From Trichinella spiralis (taxonomy: Eukaryota), in assembly GCF_000181795.1 (NCBI RefSeq), contig NW_003526944.1, positions 429,383 to 493,382 of the forward strand: a stretch of 64,000 nucleotides of DNA. The letters run 5' to 3'. Position 1 is the stretch's first letter, and every line of letters begins with the position of its first letter. Made by a program: the position numbers and the translations under genes. The notes beneath the pieces were generated by a model. It searched no databases, was not told where the DNA came from, and saw only the letters and a program-made list of their open reading frames with translations. Positions 58,244-64,000 of this stretch are shown one piece after another.

Positions 58244-59261
58244 GCTACTACATATCATACCAATTTGCTTGTAAAGAGCTGGAGTCAGGTGTTGCCGATC
58301 ATCCAAGTTGGTCAAATAATGATCACGGGTAAGTCGCCAAACGTGAGTGTCCACTGGCACAGCGTCAGTTTTGTCCAGCGCCATCAAGCAGACACAGTCT
58401 GCCACTTTCTGTCCAACACCGGGCAGACGTTGCAACTGACCACTGGCCACCTCGTAACTGCAATGACGCAACGACTGCAGCCAGTCACGCCCGCGGTCTT
58501 GAACAATACGACTCGCTTCCACGACAAAACGTGCCCTGTAGCCGAAACCCAACCTGCGCAGGGAGCCTTCGGCATGCATGGCCGACAGCGCTTCGGCAGT
58601 GGGAAAATCGTAATAGCTGTGTCGACCGACGACGATTCGTTCGCCGAAACGTTCGCACAGTCGATTAATCATGGAAGTAATCCGCGGGATGTTGTTGTTG
58701 GACGAACAAATGAACGCAATCAAACATTCAAACGGATCCTGACGCAACACACGCACGCCCGGATGACGTCGATGCGCTTCGGCGAATCTCGGGTCCAGTG
58801 CAGACCAGTGGCTGTGCATGTCCGCTATTGGCGTGCCCAGTTGGAAATAATCTCGCAAACAGTCCTTTTTCCCAATTTGGCAACGTGAAAACCGACCTAC
58901 AGAAAAAAAATAACGAAGACCCACAAACAAATATGCCAAGCAGGCAGACATTGATGAAATCAAAGCACAAACCGATGCGTTGCAGCCAAATACAACCGTC
59001 GCCACGTCTCACACGCAAAACTTGGTGATGCACAACACCTGTCCATATACCGTCTTTATCGACTGTCCATCTGAATGGAAAATGTTAATTAATAAATATG
59101 CTTGTTTTGCTGCAAGAACTGAAATTCGATTATTACAAAAGTATCTTCCAAATTTATGCATATGCATATCACAGAATTTACCTGAAACTCTGACCAGAGT
59201 TTAAGCTGATCAAATTCACTTCTTGAATTGAACATTTAATTTTCACCCATGTACAGTCCAT
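58059..59261 (-). CDS. OGG1: 8-oxoguanine DNA glycosylase/AP lyase OGG1 (4 exons)
   Basis: SGQSFRW, GVRVLRQDPFECLIAFICSSNNNIPRITSMI, LGFGYRARF, HhH-GPD LPGVGQKVADCVCLMALDKTDAVPVDTHVW, FGKYAGWAQTVLF. Confidence 0.96.
58215..58250. repeat. (CTA)n microsatellite in the last OGG1 intron
   Basis: Directly visible. It lies between the donor at ~58260 and the acceptor at ~58154. Confidence 0.9.
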
Positions 59262-59864
59262 CAGTGGTAGAAAACTTAAAAAAAACAACAACGTATTATT
59301 CATTATGTACAAACTGAACACAAGCTTCGTTAACTAGTAAGAAATTGGTTCAACGCACAAACGAGAAACAGCGTCACACAACGCAACCGCAGCTGTGTGC
59401 CTCGGTGCCAGGAAACTGAGGCTTTATAAATAATATTAGACAAACATGTATATATATATAGATGTACAAAGAGACGAAAAAAGAAAATTTATCATATAAT
59501 TTTATTGATTGGAGAAAGTGAAATTTTCAACTGCGACTAGGGAATCAAACAATCACGATGTTCACACTCGAAGCCTGAAAATAATGAACTGAGTAAAAAG
59601 CACTGCTGGAAAAGAGAATAAAGCACTTTCATATCAATGACTAACTCTACTACATTGGGCAAAATGTGAAAAAAAAACGAAACAGGAGTACGCTGAAAAT
59701 CATTCCAATAACTGATGATATTCAAAATGATAATAATCATGAATATAGATAGAAGATAGCTGTAAATTGAACATTTAAAACTAGATGAACATCATTAAAA
59801 CAAATTAGCACAGCAAAATCATCAAAAGAGACACAAAAAGAACACTTCTCTCTGGTTGATTCGT

Positions 59865-62800
59865 TCAGCTTAAGAATAAAGAATGAACAAATTGTTCGTA
59901 ATCTAGAGCTCCAGGAACCGAACGTCCAGAAAGCGGTTCCACATAACCTTTCATTCGTTGGATGCAATACTCGGCCTGTTCAATGGATAAATTCTAAACA
60001 GAATTTCAAATAAAATGAAATAAATTGCAGAAAGAGAAAGTAAAAAAATTGACTCACAGCATATAACTCTTCAGAAGTAACGTATGGTCTATAATCTTTG
60101 GACAATGCCCTGAACGCAGATTCAATTTCTTCGCTAGTCTGAATGTTCTCCGTCTCACGGCTAATCATAAACGCCATATATTCTTGAAGTGTCACGTATC
60201 CGTCCCTGGAGACAATTTTATTAGATGCGAATCAAAATTCACCAACCACGTCATCACGCGCGGACGGACATTAGCAAACAAGATGATGATGGTGGTGGAT
60301 GAATAATAGCAATAAGTTTTTTTTACCTATTCGGATCGACGACGTCCAAAATGCGTTGAAATTCTGGATCCGGCTGGCCTTCTTCGAGAACTGGCAAATC
60401 ATATCCCAAAGCACGAAGGCAAGATTTGAATTGCTGGTGATCCAAACGACCAGTTTTTTCCTATTTTAAGCAAAATTATATAAATAATTGGTAAAGTTTC
60501 CCCGCTTTTACCTTGTCAAAATGCTTGAACATCATTGAAAATTCACGAAGAGCTTCTTCTGAAACACCAGATTGATTTCGAGCTTGTATCTGCTGTTCCA
60601 AATTGTGCTGCATACGCATCGCCAATTGGTCAAGTTGGTCCCAGGCTTGTGCCAAACCCACTGTAGAATGTTCAGTGTAGCTGAAGACAAATTATACAAC
60701 AAATTAATTATAAAAGTGAATTGAATCAATCAATCAATCGATCGATCAATGTTCGCCCATTACCGATTATCCAAAATCAAATGTTCTTCCAACAAAGCGC
60801 CCAATTCTTCAATCTCTTTCAAATGACCACGCTGAGCTCTCACTTCGACCGCTTTTCTCTGAAATATTAATTATATACATATATTATACAAAGTGGAATT
60901 TTCGTCCAAATCAAAAAATTGTTCTCACTTTCAAAATGTCCAACTGCTCTTCCAAAGTGCCCGTCGTTTCCATCATCTGGGTACGAGTGTCGGTCAGCCA
61001 AGCGTGGAATGTGTTCGCTTGTTTGGCAAATTCGCGTCGAAGCCGGTCATTTTCCTCTTGACGACGATGCTCTTTGATCAATTCCGCTTCACGTTCCTGA
61101 ACAGAATAGCCCAATTGCAAGCAGTTCAAAAACGAGCTTCCCCCCCCCTCCTTCCCCACACACACACACAGATAGAACGCACGTATACCTTGATGATTTT
61201 TTGCAAATTTTTCCAAGTCTCGTCCAACGCGTCCATTGTGAACCAAGTATATGGATTGGGACCGACGTTGAAAGATTTGATTCGAGCATCCAAATCTTGC
61301 AATTGGTGGTAGTCGTTTTCGGCCGAACCCAACGACGCGTGGAATGCCTTGTGGGCATCTCTCAACGCTTTGATCTCGTCCAACGAATTGCACCGCACCG
61401 GATCGGTCAGATCTTCTTCGGCATTTTCGAACCAACTGTTGAAAGCGGAAGCTTTTTTCGCAAAAGCCAAATACAATTCTTCAATTTGGCGAAATTGATC
61501 TTGGGTTTGGAGCAATTTTTGCCGACGGCCAGCCGAATTGTTCAACAATCTCTGCCAGCGACCGATGACGTCGGCGTGACGGTCCAATATCGCCCGACTC
61601 TGCCTGTGCTGGGCAGCGGTGAGCTGGTCTTTAAGTTCAGTGATGCGCTGGATCCCTTCGTGCTCGAAAGCGTTCAAGCCGGCGTCGAACGCCTCCTGCT
61701 TGGTCAAAAGCATCTGGACGGTGCTCAAATCGCGGCCGTAGTCGTCCGACCGGACCGCCGCCTCTTTTTCCCCAATCCAACTGTCGACCACGTCGCACTT
61801 CCAGACGAACAACAAATGGGCGGAATTGTCGAGCAAATTTTGCAACCGACGCGCCGCCAAATCCACCAACGACGCCAGTCGAACCTGCAACTGATGCAAG
61901 CGGGCCTGGATCGTCTGGGCGTGGTGGTTGCCGGAGTCGATCAACGCTTGACCGTGTTGCATAATTTCACCGATGCGCTGCCTGTGGACGCCCAAATCCA
62001 CTTCAAAAGCGCCGTGCTTCTTGATCAAACTTTGAACGGCGGCCATGGTGTCGCCGAAATCTTCGACCGACAATACTTGCTGTTTTTCAGTAATCCAAGC
62101 TTCTTCTTCTTCGACTTTACCAATGAACACTTGGAATTCTTCGCTTTCATTCAACTTTTTGACACGCCCAAAAGCGATATCTCTCAAGCCGAGCCAATTT
62201 TCACGCAAATTGTCGACCCGGCCACGAATCTCGTCGCCGCCCATCTGACCACTGTTGATCAACTGTTCACCTTTTTCAATGACCGAATCGATATTCGGCT
62301 GGTGGCTGATGAATTCGTTTTCCAAACGTTTGTGCTTCTTTTTCAAATTTTGCACGCCGGTCAAATCGCGTCCAAAATCATCCGAACTGACCAGAAGTCT
62401 CTTTTCTCTTGAAAAAATTCAAAAAATCAAATCTGAAACACCATCAAAACAAAAACATACTTGATCCAAGATTCTTCGTCGTCAATGTCGCGGAAAAATT
62501 GATGCAACGTCAAAGCTTCGTTCAATTTTCGTTTACGCTCTTCGGCCAATTCACTCACGCTGAACAAACAAACAAAACAAGCACAATCAAACAAATAATA
62601 ATTAATAATTAATAATAATCCATTTATTACCGCTTGTAACGATCGTTGATACTCTTTTGTCGTTCTTCAATTGTCACAGGATCGAATTGGTCATTTTCCA
62701 ACAAGCTGCTAGCTTCGGTGTTCATGTCGCGCACACGTTCCGCGTGGGCAGCAATGTCCGCTTCGATCAGTTGATGCTTTTTCAGCAAATTCTGCACCGA

Positions 62801-64000
62801 CGCCAAATCTTTGCCAAAATCGTCACTGGCTAGCAAAGTTTCAATTTCGCCGAGCCAAAATTCCAAATCCTTGACCGCCGCGATGAAGCTCTGCTGTTTG
62901 TTCGCCTCTTTCAGACGGTAACTCTTCTCGGTCGTCTTTTTCACCAACAATTCCCACTGGTCATTCAGCGCGGTCAAACGTTGACTGACCACCGACTCGC
63001 TGCCGGCGCATTTGTTCGAATCGATCAAATTCTGCCCAGCGTACATGATCGTCTGGATACGGTCCGAATTGGCTCCCAGTTCGGCTTCGAACGCCTGTTG
63101 TTTCTGATGTTTGCTTTGTATATTTGTCGGATCACGGTACGATTCTTCCAACGCCACTTGCAATTTTTCGGCAATCCAATTTTCAATTTCATCCGCATCT
63201 CGAGAAAATTGTTGCAAAGTTTGCGATTCGCCGAGCTTGCTGCGCTTTTCAATCAAAGCTTGTTTCAACTTGGCCCAACTGAAATTAATTAATTTATCTA
63301 TTAAACGGTTGTTTCTCAGACAATATGTACAGTTTTTCTTTTCTTACCGATCCAAAACTTGATCCCGTTTACGAATAATGTCCTCTTCGGCGTAGTGACC
63401 ACGATTGACCAGTTGATTGGCAAAACTTTGCAAAGCTGCAATTTTCTCCTGCTGAGAATTGATCGCCTTGTCGAAATCTTCGTGCTTTTTGATCAACGAT
63501 TCCACATTGTCCGGCGACACTTGTTCCTGATTCAAAAACGCCTCCCTGCTCGACATCCAATTTTCCGCCTGCTCGCAGTCGCGGTAGAACAGTTGCAATT
63601 CCAAGCACTGGTCGAGCTTCATCCGGCGCGCCATCCAAGCTTTTTCCAAATTTTCCCGCGCTTCGGCAATCTTGTGCATCTGCTCGACAACGTCCGCCGA
63701 CGCGTAGTGGTGCATGCTCAACAGGTCGTTGCCGAATTGGTCGAACTTTTGGAACATGCCAGCCCGCGCGTCCATTTCCGTCCTGTATTCACTGTGCCGT
63801 TCCAGCAACGCCTCGGCACCGGTCACATCGTTGGCCAACTCGTCGCTGTTCACCAACACCATCGTATTGTTGTTCCAACGTTGCAAATCTCTGAAACAGC
63901 AGACAAAAAAATTTACATAAATAAACAATAAGAACAAGAAAAAAAAATTTCACCTGCAATCGGACAAAAAGCGCTGATAATCGTAAGAATCGAGCAATTT
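59865..64000 (-). CDS. spc-1: Alpha-spectrin, 3' portion (5' end beyond the window)
   Basis: Tandem spectrin repeats ([63 protein letters not shown]) and C-terminal EF hands ([28 protein letters not shown] ... [13 protein letters not shown]). Confidence 0.98.

Noticed and set aside
58208..58888. 226-aa plus-strand ORF and possible horizontal origin of GC-richer OGG1
   Set aside because: The ORF is an antisense shadow of the OGG1 exon. The gene has normal introns and neighbouring spectrin exons are similarly GC-rich.
61201..62412. 403-aa plus-strand ORF (also 63359-63931)
   Set aside because: It is a codon-register antisense mirror of spectrin exons, with a TTG start and no domain features.

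Overview
AT-rich eukaryotic genomic DNA with many short (~50-100 nt) spliceosomal introns. It is most consistent with a clade I nematode such as Trichinella; this is an inference from composition, intron size and the nematode-type SH3 insertion in LIN-2/CASK. I reconstructed 13 spliced protein-coding genes by hand: FAM8A1-like (+), NUDT9-like (-), CASK/lin-2 (-), PRL/PTP4A (-), SULF/sul-1 (-), TSG101 (-), a p160/SRC(NCOA)/Taiman-like bHLH-PAS coactivator (-), JTB (-, absent from the ORF track), UBA52 (-), SCaMC/SLC25A24-like (+), a Gly-rich atypical calpain (+), OGG1 (-) and the 3' part of alpha-spectrin (-). There is also a possible first coding exon of an unknown gene at the left edge. I saw no prokaryotic-type systems, CRISPR, tRNA/rRNA genes or transposons. 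Most notable observations: (1) a three-exon in-frame uORF in an otherwise ATG-depleted PRL leader; (2) a p160 coactivator in a nematode-like genome, with an LxxLL-encoding uORF and duplicated alternative acceptors; (3) a NUDT9 pseudoenzyme; (4) a retained OGG1; (5) candidate operons. Exon boundaries are manual predictions without transcript evidence.
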